64,000 nucleotides of DNA from an uncultured Acidobacteriota bacterium (lineage in GTDB: Bacteria; Acidobacteriota; UBA6911). Below are positions 49,374 through 58,891 of this stretch, one piece after another. Made by a program: the position numbers and the translations under genes. Within the stretch, counting starts at the first letter, position 1. Each line of letters starts with the position of its first letter. The notes under the pieces are model-generated. The model did not search any database. It saw nothing but the letters and a program-made list of their open reading frames with translations, and was not told where the DNA came from. The stretch is taken from assembly GCA_963809485.1 (NCBI GenBank), contig CAWEJX010000020.1, positions 608,001 to 672,000 on the forward strand. The letters run 5' to 3'.

Positions 49374-51218
49374 ATGAAAGATCTATACGTCAAAGAACGT
49401 GACCGCTCGCGCATCCCCGAAAAATACAAGTGGGATTTGAGTGAGATTTATTCCGATGACGATGCATGGACGGAAGCCAGGCGAGGGTTTGCAGCCGGCT
49501 TTGCCCGCATCTCGTCTTTCCGGGGCAGGCTGTCCGAATCATCGGATCAACTCCTGAACTGCCTCGAACTGGCAAACCTTTTCGGCAAGGAGTGCGCAAG
49601 GCTTGCCAGCTACGCGAGCATGAAATCCGATCTGGACACCCGCGACTCAAAATACACGGCAATGGATCAGGAAATGAGCCGCATAGGATCGGACCTTTCC
49701 GCGTTGACTTCATTTATCGAACCGGAAATTCTGAGAATCGGTCCGGAAAGGATCAACCTCTATATCGAGCAGGAACCGCAGCTTGCAGTTTACCGCCATT
49801 TTTTCGACGACATCCTCCGGAAAAAAGATCACACGGGCACGGAAGCCGAAGAGAAGATCATTGCTGAAGCCAACCTGATGGCCGATTCTCCGGCCAGCAT
49901 CAATACCATTTTTTCCAACGCCGATTTTCCCTTTCCGGAAGTAACGCTGGAAGACGGCACTGCGGTGCGCCTGGACCCGCCGGCCTTCAGCCTGCACAGG
50001 AGGTCCCCGGTCCGCGAAAACAGAAAAATCGTTTTCTCCGCTTATATGGGAAGCCTGAATGGTTTTCGCCGGACTTTCGGCGCTCAACTTGCCGCGGAAG
50101 TCCGGAAGAACATGTTTTTCAGCCGCGCTCGATCCTACAAAAGCTGCCTGGAACGCGCCCTCGATGCCAACAATATCCCTGTTGCGGTTTACCATAACCT
50201 CATCTCGGGAGTTCACGCGCACCTGGATACCCTCCATCGATACCTGCTTCTGCGCAGAAGGCTGCTGGGATTAGAAGAGCTTCACTACTACGACCTCTAC
50301 GCGCCGGTCGTCAAGGAACTCGATCTGAGCTTCACGTTTGACGAGGCCGTGGAACATGTGCTCTCCTCCCTTGCTCCGCTCGGGAAGGAGTATCAGAGCG
50401 TCGCGAGAACGGCACTATCCAACCGCTGGATCGACGTATATCCGAACGCCGGCAAGAAGTCCGGCGCCTACATGAACGGCGCAGTCTATGACATCCACCC
50501 GTATATGCTTCTGAACTACAGCGGCAAATATGACGACATGAGCACCATAGCCCACGAACTCGGGCATACCATGCACAGCTACCTCACCAACAGGACTCAG
50601 CCCTACGCGCTTTCCCACTATTCGATTTTCGTGGCGGAGGTGGCATCGACATTCAATGAAGCGCTCTTGCTGAACCATATGCTGGCAACCGAAATCCGGG
50701 ACGAAGTGCGGCTGTCGCTGCTGTGCAATTACCTGGACAATGCCCGGGCAACGGTCTTCCGCCAGGTTCAATTCGCGGAGTTTGAACTCAGGATGCACCA
50801 GGTAGCGGAAGAGGGTTCGGCACTGACCGGCGATCATTTAAACTCCATTTACGCCGAAATCGCCCGGAAGTATTACGGACACGAAAAAGGCATCTGCATC
50901 GTGGATGACGAAATACAGGCCGAATGGGCCTATATTCCCCATTTCTTTTACAATTTCTACGTGTATCAATACGCAACCTCTTATACGGCTTCTGCGGCAC
51001 TCTCCGGAATGGTACAGGCGGGAGGCGAAGACGCGGTCCGAGCCTATCTCAGTCTTCTATCCGCAGGCGGATCCGACTACCCGATCGAGCTTCTGAAAAA
51101 GGTCGGAGTGGACATGACCACGCCGCATCCTCTTGAATCGATGATAGTTCGTATGAACCAGGTCATGGATGAAATTGAAAAAATCGCATTCAGCCCCAGC
51201 AGTCCCATTTTTCACTGA
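49374..51218 (+). CDS. pepF: Oligoendopeptidase F (M3B)
   Basis: KYKWDL, GKKSGAY, HELGHTMH, AEVAST and HFFYNFYVYQYA. Confidence 0.95.
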   Translation: MKDLYVKERDRSRIPEKYKWDLSEIYSDDDAWTEARRGFAAGFARISSFRGRLSESSDQLLNCLELANLFGKECARLASYASMKSDLDTRDSKYTAMDQEMSRIGSDLSALTSFIEPEILRIGPERINLYIEQEPQLAVYRHFFDDILRKKDHTGTEAEEKIIAEANLMADSPASINTIFSNADFPFPEVTLEDGTAVRLDPPAFSLHRRSPVRENRKIVFSAYMGSLNGFRRTFGAQLAAEVRKNMFFSRARSYKSCLERALDANNIPVAVYHNLISGVHAHLDTLHRYLLLRRRLLGLEELHYYDLYAPVVKELDLSFTFDEAVEHVLSSLAPLGKEYQSVARTALSNRWIDVYPNAGKKSGAYMNGAVYDIHPYMLLNYSGKYDDMSTIAHELGHTMHSYLTNRTQPYALSHYSIFVAEVASTFNEALLLNHMLATEIRDEVRLSLLCNYLDNARATVFRQVQFAEFELRMHQVAEEGSALTGDHLNSIYAEIARKYYGHEKGICIVDDEIQAEWAYIPHFFYNFYVYQYATSYTASAALSGMVQAGGEDAVRAYLSLLSAGGSDYPIELLKKVGVDMTTPHPLESMIVRMNQVMDEIEKIAFSPSSPIFH

Positions 51219-51261
51219 TTGCCGACTATATTGTCCCGGCCGAACCTGCTAATATAAAAAA

Positions 51262-51528
51262 ATGCTCAAATATGCCCGGCGGATTATCATACTGATTGTT
51301 GGAATGACTGTTTTGCTGATAGGCGTTGCCATGCTCGTACTGCCCGGTCCAGCGATCGTCGTGATCCCGGTCGGCCTGGCGATCCTGGCAACGGAGTATG
51401 CCTGGGCCCGCCACTGGCTTAGGGTGCTCCGCGAAACTACGGAAAAGGGTGCCGAAAAACTGAAGCTGCGGGCCATGTTTTCGCGCAAAACCGCCTCGAA
51501 TCCCCAGGGCGCCGCCCGGGAGCAGTAA
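51262..51528 (+). CDS. PGPGW-domain small membrane protein
   Basis: LVLPGPAIVVIPVGLAILATEYAWAR. Confidence 0.85.
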   Translation: MLKYARRIIILIVGMTVLLIGVAMLVLPGPAIVVIPVGLAILATEYAWARHWLRVLRETTEKGAEKLKLRAMFSRKTASNPQGAAREQ

Positions 51529-51810
51529 AAACCCAAGAACCAGGAATGCGTTCCCTTCTCATGTAACGCCGATGTACGCTGACAGAAGCGCCGACACACG
51601 CTGAAAAAATATATGGCATTACACGGCCTGGATCAGCGCTGCACTTTCAGTGGCCGTCATGAAGCAGCCATCGATTTGGCTGTTTACACCACTAGTTCGT
51701 GTAATTTGCGGCCGTTTTTTATAAAATCCAGGTGTTAACCGATCGGGCAGCAGCTCAGGGACGAGGGAAGAATTTCCGGCGCATTCGGGCCGGGATCCAA
51801 GGTGCAGCAA

Positions 51811-54800
51811 ATGGCAGACTCACCGGTGAAGGCAATTGGCAGGCGCTGGCTAAGGCTGGCGGTGATCCTGCTGTCTGCGATCTTCGCAATCCTGGTATCT
51901 GCCTTTTTCCTCATCCAGACCCAAGCCGCAAAAAGCGCGCTCTTCCGCCAGCTGCAAAAATACCTGCTTGAAAGATCCGGAATTGAGCTTCAGGCTTCCG
52001 GTATCCGCGCGGACTTGATCCGGGGAGAAGCCAGCCTGGAGAATGTGACCCTCCGACATGTTTCCGTACCCGGGATGCCCCCGGTATTCAAAGCGGCCCG
52101 CATAGACATACGGGCGGACATTACCCGGCTGATTCGGGGCGTCCGCGAAATCGAGGTACTGAGGGTGACAGCGCCTGAAATTAACTACTTTGCAGACCAT
52201 TACGGCAAAAGCAATCTGCCTGAATCAAAATCCGGATCGGGGTCCGATTTCAATCTTTTCATCTCGCACGGCGAAGCAAAGGATGGAGTTCTGAGAATCC
52301 GGGACATCCGCCGCGGGATTGATTTGCAGCTTTTGAAATGGCAGATATCCGCAGACGGGGACAGCACCACACGCAGCCACCGCCTGGCCTTTGCCATCGG
52401 GCAGGAATCTACCTTCGAGTATGAGCCATACCGATTCCCGCTGCACGGACTGGCAGTACGGGCGGACCTGAAAAAAACAGGTCTTCAGGTGAATTCATTC
52501 CAGCTCGAGACCGATGGGATCCGGCTATCGGCAACCGGTCTTTTGAGCGGCTTGTCCAAGCCCGTTATGGACCTGCAGCTCAAGCCGGCTCTGGATTTGG
52601 ACAAAATCGCGCGTATTTTCAACCTATCGCCCAAAATTGAAGGCAATGTTTCAGGGAACGTATCCATCAGGGGGAACCTGGAAGATCTTCGGATCACAGC
52701 CCAGCTGAATGGCGCTTCAATAAGCGCAGCAGGATATGACCGTACAGCTTTCAACAGCACAGCAAGCGCCGAATGGTCCGCCGGCTCCAAACGGTTGCGG
52801 ATCCGGAACCTGGACCTCGCTTCGGTCGACGGATCGATAAAGGGAAACGCCGAGTTCTTTTTTGCGCCGGAAGCCGGCGTCAATTCCATCGAAGCGGACT
52901 TTCAGAATTTTGAACTTTTCCCTCTGTGGAAGATGGTCAAACCGCCTTTTGATCTGGCCAGCCGGGGTGCCGGACAGGCCGCACTCCGATGGAAAGGACC
53001 GTTTTCGGCCTCCAAAATATCCGGAAATGTCCGCCTCAATCTCTCGGCGTCCCGCACGGCTCCGGATCTGAATGTTCTGCCGATTTCGGGGAAAATCGAT
53101 GCCAAAATTCAATCAGGCCGCATTGAGGCCAATCTGAGTTCTATCGGGGTTCTGGATTCTCAGGTAAGCGGCCGGGTATCCCTGCGTTCTTTCAGGGAAA
53201 TCGAAGGCAGCATCCGGGGTTACGCACCGCACACGAATGCCATGATGACGCAGCTTTCCCAATTCCTCGGCGGAAGCGGCAGCTTTCTCAGGGACCTCCG
53301 GATGGCAGGCCCGGTTGAATTCCTGGCCTACGCCAGCGGACGATTGAAGCAGCCGAAGTTCGTCATTTCCGCGGATGCTCCCGATCTGCAGATCGGGGGA
53401 TTGGCAGGCACAAGGGCGACTGCCGGCGCAACCATTGAGGGCCCCCATATTTCTTTCGACAGCGCTCTCACACTGCCCGGCAATTCCCTCTCTTCCGTCA
53501 AGGGAACCATGGACCTCGCCGGACCCAAGCCTCTGCTGGATCTGGAAGCTCGCACAGAAAGAATTCAGGCGGCCTCGATTCTGTCTATCCTGGGGAGCGA
53601 AGTACCCGTGGAGGGTTTTTTCGACGCGGAGCTGCAATTGAACGGAAATTTGGACGGCCTGGCCGGCACGGCTCAGGTTGCAGGCACCGAATTGCTTCTA
53701 TACCGGGAACCGCTCGGGCGACTGGATGCAGGTCTGAAAATTTCCGGCACCAAAATAGAATCCACCCAAATCAGGTTGCACCAGAATCCGGAAAACCCCG
53801 AGGCCGGCATCCTCGACGCAGACTTCGCCTACGACCTGGATTCCGGCCAATTCGAGTTTCAGGCCGACGGCAGGGGTATGTCCATCACGCAGCTCAAGCT
53901 GCCCGGGAGATACCCCGTACAGGGTGTTTTTGCAGTTGCTGCTTCGGGAACCGGAACACTCGATCAACCTTCGGTGGATATCAGTCTGAATACCGGCGAT
54001 GCGCACCTCCGGCAGATACCTCTCGGGCCGCTGTCTATTGAGGGTTCTCTGAGGGAGGGACAGTTCACAATCGGCGCCGCTGCTCCGCGTTTCAATATCG
54101 ACTCCACGGCTCAAATCGGGGTTCACGATCCATATCCCTATAGTGGTGAGATAAGGCTCGGGAATTCCGATCTATCGCTGCTTGGATTGAAAGGGGCAAG
54201 CGGACAGCTTCTGTCGGGCACTGTGGAAGCATTGGTCACTGGTTCAGGGAAACTGAGCGAGCCTTCAGCCGCACGCGTATCCGCCAGGATTCAGAGCCTT
54301 AAATTGGAGGCCGGAGCTCTGAATGTCCATACAAAGGGCCTCACAACAGCGGAATATCGGGACGGTTCGCTCGAAATCAGCCCTGCGGCAACGCTCGCCA
54401 GCGGGAATTCATCGCTTCAAATTGCCGGCAGGGTACCGCTAAGGCAGACGGCCCCGGACGGTTCTTTGACGCTTAAGGGCGAGCTCGATCTGGCTCAGGC
54501 TGCAGGATTTGCACCCACATCCAAGGGTTTCAACGTCACGGGCATCATGAACCTCGAGCTTGCATTGATGGGGAATCCTCGCAATCTGAGAGGCGAAGGC
54601 AGGGTAGCATTGGTCGGCGGAACAATGCAATTGCCAGGGATTTCAACGCCGCTGACGGACATAGGGCTCAGAGCAGACCTGAGGGAGGGCACCATTGTTT
54701 TGCAGCAGGCTGAGGCCGCCTGGGGTGACGGCAAAATAGCCTTGACAGGAGAATACCCGCTGGGCCTGCTGCCTCAAAATATCCCTGTCCAGTTCATGCG

Positions 54801-57800
54801 CAAGCAAGGTCCCGCCAGCTTTAATTTCGACCTGATGCGCATCCGGCCAGAGTCAACCGGGTTACTCCCGCCGGGAGTAACCGGATTGATTTCCGTGCAC
54901 GCCGCCATCCGGGCAGCAAGCCCGGACCTGCGCGCGCTCGACGCCAGGATTGACTTTGGCGAATTAAGCCTGCAGGTCAAAGGAGTCCCACTGAACCAGT
55001 CAGCGCCATCCACAATATTTGTCCGCGACGGAATTGCCTCCATCTCCAGTTTTTCGCTGAACGGGCCGGAAACACGCATCGATGTAGGCGGATCGGCCGG
55101 TATTCTGCCGGACGGCCCGCTGAACATAAAGCTGTCCGGGGACGTGGACCCCGGGCTGCTTTCGCTGGTAAAGGATCTGAAGGCGACCGGGAAACTTCAG
55201 GTCCAGGTTGTAACGGCCGGCACCTTGAAGTCCCCCACCTTTTCCGGACAGGTCGGAATGGACGGCGGGAGACTGAGCCTCCGGGAACCGCGCATCGTGG
55301 CCGACAGCCTGACTGCCCGCCTCGGCTTCACTCCGGACAAGATTTCCATCCAACGGTTTTCCGGCACCCTAAACGGCGGAATGGTGGACGCAAAGGGAAC
55401 GATCGGATATCGCCATGGAATCCTGAATGATTTCGACGTAAAGGTAAATTTTCAGGATTTTTTCCTCGACTTCCCCAAAGGTTTGAAATCGGCTTCCAAC
55501 GGAAATCTCACAATCACGTCAGCGGGAGAAGCGATCCTGGCGAGCGGAAATGTTCAGGTTCTGGAAAGCTCCTACAGAGAACCTTTCGCAGTCGGCGGCC
55601 AGCTGATGAGCTACCTGAAATCCCAGCAGATTATTTCGACAGCCAGCAAGACCCCTTCACTTCTGGATCGAATCCGCCTCGATATAACACTGCAGGCTGA
55701 GACGCCGTTGCTGGTGCAGAACAACATCGCTAGAGTGGAAGCGGATGCCAATCTCAAACTGGTTGGCAGATTCCGCGAGCCGTCGTTGATCGGTAGAGCC
55801 GCTCTTTATGAGGGCGGCGAAATAATCATGAATCAGCGATTTTATTATATCGACCGGGGAACCATCACTCTGAACAATCAGGCACGCATCGATCCGGAAT
55901 TGGATGTGCAGGCTCAGACCAAGGTAGGGGATTACGACATTACGCTCCAGTTGACGGGACCCCTCGAAAGGCTCGTGACCACATTAACATCAGAACCACC
56001 TCTCTCGGAACCCGATATCCTATCTTTGCTCCTGACGGGCAGAACAGCTTCGAACACAGAGGTACAAGGAGAGGAAGTCCGCATGGCCAGGACACAGGCG
56101 CTGTCGCTGCTTGCCGGGCAGGCGGGGGGAGAGATCGCGCGCGGCGCCCAGCAGGCGCTGCACCTCAGCACCGTTCGCATCGATCCGGGCCTGATTGCGT
56201 CTGAACCCGATGCGGGAACTTGGTTAACCCTGGGTGAGGATATCACCAAAGACCTGAGCTTTGGATACTCGATGAACCTGGTCAACGCAGGAGAACAGGC
56301 CTGGGCCGCTCAATATAAAATCACACGAAGGTTCACTACACAGGCCACCCGGCAGTCGGATAACGCCTACAGGTTCGAAATCCGGCAGGATCTGCATTTT
56401 GGCGGGGCGCCCGGATCCGAAGCTTCCAGGAAGACTGCGCGAAAATTCGTCATCGGCTCCATTGAATTCCAGGGCGGGTCTCCCTATCCCGACAAGGTTC
56501 TTCTGGACCAGATGAAAATCAAGCCAGGTGACAAGTACGATTTCGCAAAAATTCAGAAAGGGCTGGACGGCCTGCAGGAATTTATGACCAAAGAGAAAAG
56601 GCTGGAGTCCGATATAAGGCTTCACCGGGACACCGGACCGCAGACCATCGATCTGCGGCTGAACCTGGACCCGGGCCCTACTGTAGATTTTATATTTGAT
56701 GGGGCGTCCATTTCAAAAGACACACGGCAGAAGGTCGAGCAAGCCTGGCGCGATGGCGTTTTCAGCGTTGAAAGGCTGGACGAAGCAATACTGGCTATCC
56801 GCAGGCCCCTTCTCCGGGAAGGATTCCTTCAATCGGAAGTGACCTATCGGCTCGAGGCGGAAGACCAGCAAATACGTGTGCACTTCAAAATAACTCCAGG
56901 GCCTCGATTCACCCGCATCGAGCTCTATTTTCCCGGCGCCTCGGGAATCAGCGCCTCCGAACTGGACAGGATTCTGGAATGGGCCGATTTGAAACTGGAA
57001 ATCCATGCAAATCCGCAAAAGGTCGTGGATTTTCTTACAGCGTACTACCGGGAGCGGGGCTATCTCCAGGCCCGCGTGGAAACGCCCCAGCCGCAACTGG
57101 AACCGCAAACCGGAACCGGGAAAATCGCCGTGTCTATTGAGGAAGGGCCTCTGTTCCTGATCGGCGATCTGAATTTCAAAGGGAATCGGGTATTTGACTA
57201 CGATCAGCTTTGGAGTGTGATCCCGACTTCAAGCGGCAGCAGCTACGATCCCAATACGCTTCAGGATGCGATCCGGGCGATTGAGGATCTTTATCACAAA
57301 AACGGCTATAACGACGTTACCAGCACATTCCGCGTCGTCCAGGATTCCAGGGCCCCCCGCGCCCATCTCACATTCGAAATTAATGAAAACCGTCAGTCCA
57401 TCATCCGGGACATCGTCATTGAAGGGAATCGTGACACAAGTGAAAACTTCATCCTGAGGCAACTGGGGTTCCGGCTCGGGGAAGCCCTGGATTACCTGAA
57501 GGTCAATGAGACGCGAAAACGTCTCTACAACACAGGTGTCTACGCCCTGGTGGATTTCCAGACTGAGGAATTCCCCGCATCCGCGCCCGATTCAGCGGCA
57601 AAGGATGTGCGCATCCGCATACGGATTGAGGAGATCAAACCTTATCGCCTGCAGTACGGGCTATTTTACGATACGGATCGCGGGATGGGAGGTCTTCTGG
57701 AAGTGCAGGACCGCAACCTGATGGGCCAAGCATCAAATGTTGGTATGAGGATTCGCTATGATTCGGACCTGCAGGAAGGACGTCTATATTTTCATCAGCC

Positions 57801-58671
57801 CTTTGTCACGAAAATTCACGTCAGAACGGACGCAACAGCATTCGCGCTGAAGGAGGTTCGGCCGGCGTTTAATGCCCGAAGGATCGGGTTTTCTCTGTCC
57901 CGGGAAGAAAGGCTTCCGAAAGAATACCTGTTCACGTACGGCTACCGGTACGATCATGTGCGTTGGAACGGGTACCCGCCCGATCCGCAGTATTTTCAGG
58001 CGAGTGACCCTGTGGCGCGGGTCATCGGTACTCTGACACGGGATACAAGGGACAGCATCCTTGATGCGGCGCGTGGCGAATTTTCTTCGCACAGTCTCGA
58101 ATACGGACCGGAGTGGCTGGGGTCTGAAGTGGGTTTCATCCGTTATTACGGGCAATATTTCAGGTACGTGCCGCTGGACAAGTTTCTAAAAATCCAGAGC
58201 AAGGACAAGCAAGGACAGCCAGCTACGACGAAACTTGTTTATGCCGGCGCTTTACGGCTCGGATTGACAACTGCGTTCGAACACCAAACCGTCATTTCCC
58301 CGGAGCGCTTTTTCGCCGGTGGCGGCACGACCATGAGAGGATTCGAGCAGGATCTCCTGGGGCCGCAAGAAACTGTGGTGATCGACGGGAAAAATGTCCA
58401 AAGGCCGACTGGCGGCGAAGCCCTGTTTCTGTTCAATAATGAATTACGCTTCCCAATTCTGGGGATCCTGCATGGAGTCGGTTTTGCGGACATCGGGAAT
58501 GTCTATCCGAGAGTTTCCGACTTTGACTTCAGCATGCGCAAAACGGCGGGCTTCGGCCTGCGCCTCAAGATCAAGTTCATCCCTCTGCGCTTCGATTACG
58601 GGTGGAAGCTCGACCGCCGTCCGGGAGAAAGCAAAGGCGCCTTTTTCTTCAGCATTGGCCAGGCCTTTTAG
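51811..58671 (+). CDS. TamB (AsmA/DUF490) - POTRA - Omp85 (BamA/TamA) fusion protein, 2286 aa
   Basis: N-terminal TM anchor, long beta-taco region, DUF490 motifs (DPELDVQA, LTSEPPLSEPDILSLL), about 5 POTRA repeats, and a barrel with RFFAGGGTTMRGF and C-terminal FFSIGQAF. Confidence 0.88.
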   Translation: MADSPVKAIGRRWLRLAVILLSAIFAILVSAFFLIQTQAAKSALFRQLQKYLLERSGIELQASGIRADLIRGEASLENVTLRHVSVPGMPPVFKAARIDIRADITRLIRGVREIEVLRVTAPEINYFADHYGKSNLPESKSGSGSDFNLFISHGEAKDGVLRIRDIRRGIDLQLLKWQISADGDSTTRSHRLAFAIGQESTFEYEPYRFPLHGLAVRADLKKTGLQVNSFQLETDGIRLSATGLLSGLSKPVMDLQLKPALDLDKIARIFNLSPKIEGNVSGNVSIRGNLEDLRITAQLNGASISAAGYDRTAFNSTASAEWSAGSKRLRIRNLDLASVDGSIKGNAEFFFAPEAGVNSIEADFQNFELFPLWKMVKPPFDLASRGAGQAALRWKGPFSASKISGNVRLNLSASRTAPDLNVLPISGKIDAKIQSGRIEANLSSIGVLDSQVSGRVSLRSFREIEGSIRGYAPHTNAMMTQLSQFLGGSGSFLRDLRMAGPVEFLAYASGRLKQPKFVISADAPDLQIGGLAGTRATAGATIEGPHISFDSALTLPGNSLSSVKGTMDLAGPKPLLDLEARTERIQAASILSILGSEVPVEGFFDAELQLNGNLDGLAGTAQVAGTELLLYREPLGRLDAGLKISGTKIESTQIRLHQNPENPEAGILDADFAYDLDSGQFEFQADGRGMSITQLKLPGRYPVQGVFAVAASGTGTLDQPSVDISLNTGDAHLRQIPLGPLSIEGSLREGQFTIGAAAPRFNIDSTAQIGVHDPYPYSGEIRLGNSDLSLLGLKGASGQLLSGTVEALVTGSGKLSEPSAARVSARIQSLKLEAGALNVHTKGLTTAEYRDGSLEISPAATLASGNSSLQIAGRVPLRQTAPDGSLTLKGELDLAQAAGFAPTSKGFNVTGIMNLELALMGNPRNLRGEGRVALVGGTMQLPGISTPLTDIGLRADLREGTIVLQQAEAAWGDGKIALTGEYPLGLLPQNIPVQFMRKQGPASFNFDLMRIRPESTGLLPPGVTGLISVHAAIRAASPDLRALDARIDFGELSLQVKGVPLNQSAPSTIFVRDGIASISSFSLNGPETRIDVGGSAGILPDGPLNIKLSGDVDPGLLSLVKDLKATGKLQVQVVTAGTLKSPTFSGQVGMDGGRLSLREPRIVADSLTARLGFTPDKISIQRFSGTLNGGMVDAKGTIGYRHGILNDFDVKVNFQDFFLDFPKGLKSASNGNLTITSAGEAILASGNVQVLESSYREPFAVGGQLMSYLKSQQIISTASKTPSLLDRIRLDITLQAETPLLVQNNIARVEADANLKLVGRFREPSLIGRAALYEGGEIIMNQRFYYIDRGTITLNNQARIDPELDVQAQTKVGDYDITLQLTGPLERLVTTLTSEPPLSEPDILSLLLTGRTASNTEVQGEEVRMARTQALSLLAGQAGGEIARGAQQALHLSTVRIDPGLIASEPDAGTWLTLGEDITKDLSFGYSMNLVNAGEQAWAAQYKITRRFTTQATRQSDNAYRFEIRQDLHFGGAPGSEASRKTARKFVIGSIEFQGGSPYPDKVLLDQMKIKPGDKYDFAKIQKGLDGLQEFMTKEKRLESDIRLHRDTGPQTIDLRLNLDPGPTVDFIFDGASISKDTRQKVEQAWRDGVFSVERLDEAILAIRRPLLREGFLQSEVTYRLEAEDQQIRVHFKITPGPRFTRIELYFPGASGISASELDRILEWADLKLEIHANPQKVVDFLTAYYRERGYLQARVETPQPQLEPQTGTGKIAVSIEEGPLFLIGDLNFKGNRVFDYDQLWSVIPTSSGSSYDPNTLQDAIRAIEDLYHKNGYNDVTSTFRVVQDSRAPRAHLTFEINENRQSIIRDIVIEGNRDTSENFILRQLGFRLGEALDYLKVNETRKRLYNTGVYALVDFQTEEFPASAPDSAAKDVRIRIRIEEIKPYRLQYGLFYDTDRGMGGLLEVQDRNLMGQASNVGMRIRYDSDLQEGRLYFHQPFVTKIHVRTDATAFALKEVRPAFNARRIGFSLSREERLPKEYLFTYGYRYDHVRWNGYPPDPQYFQASDPVARVIGTLTRDTRDSILDAARGEFSSHSLEYGPEWLGSEVGFIRYYGQYFRYVPLDKFLKIQSKDKQGQPATTKLVYAGALRLGLTTAFEHQTVISPERFFAGGGTTMRGFEQDLLGPQETVVIDGKNVQRPTGGEALFLFNNELRFPILGILHGVGFADIGNVYPRVSDFDFSMRKTAGFGLRLKIKFIPLRFDYGWKLDRRPGESKGAFFFSIGQAF

Positions 58672-58891
58672 CGGGCATTCCTCCCACGATTTCGAGACGA
58701 GGGGGCGCGATAGGCCTGTATCCAAGGCGCAGGATTTTTGAAAAGAACCCTCCGGATCCAATGAGTAGCTGCTTCGAGGACATCCCAAAACGGCTGTCGT
58801 CCCTTTGCCCCTCGACCCCTTGGATCCTTCGTTCCTTGGATCCTTGGATCCTTCTTTCAGCGGCCTCTCCCTCAACTGCGCAGCCTGTGGA

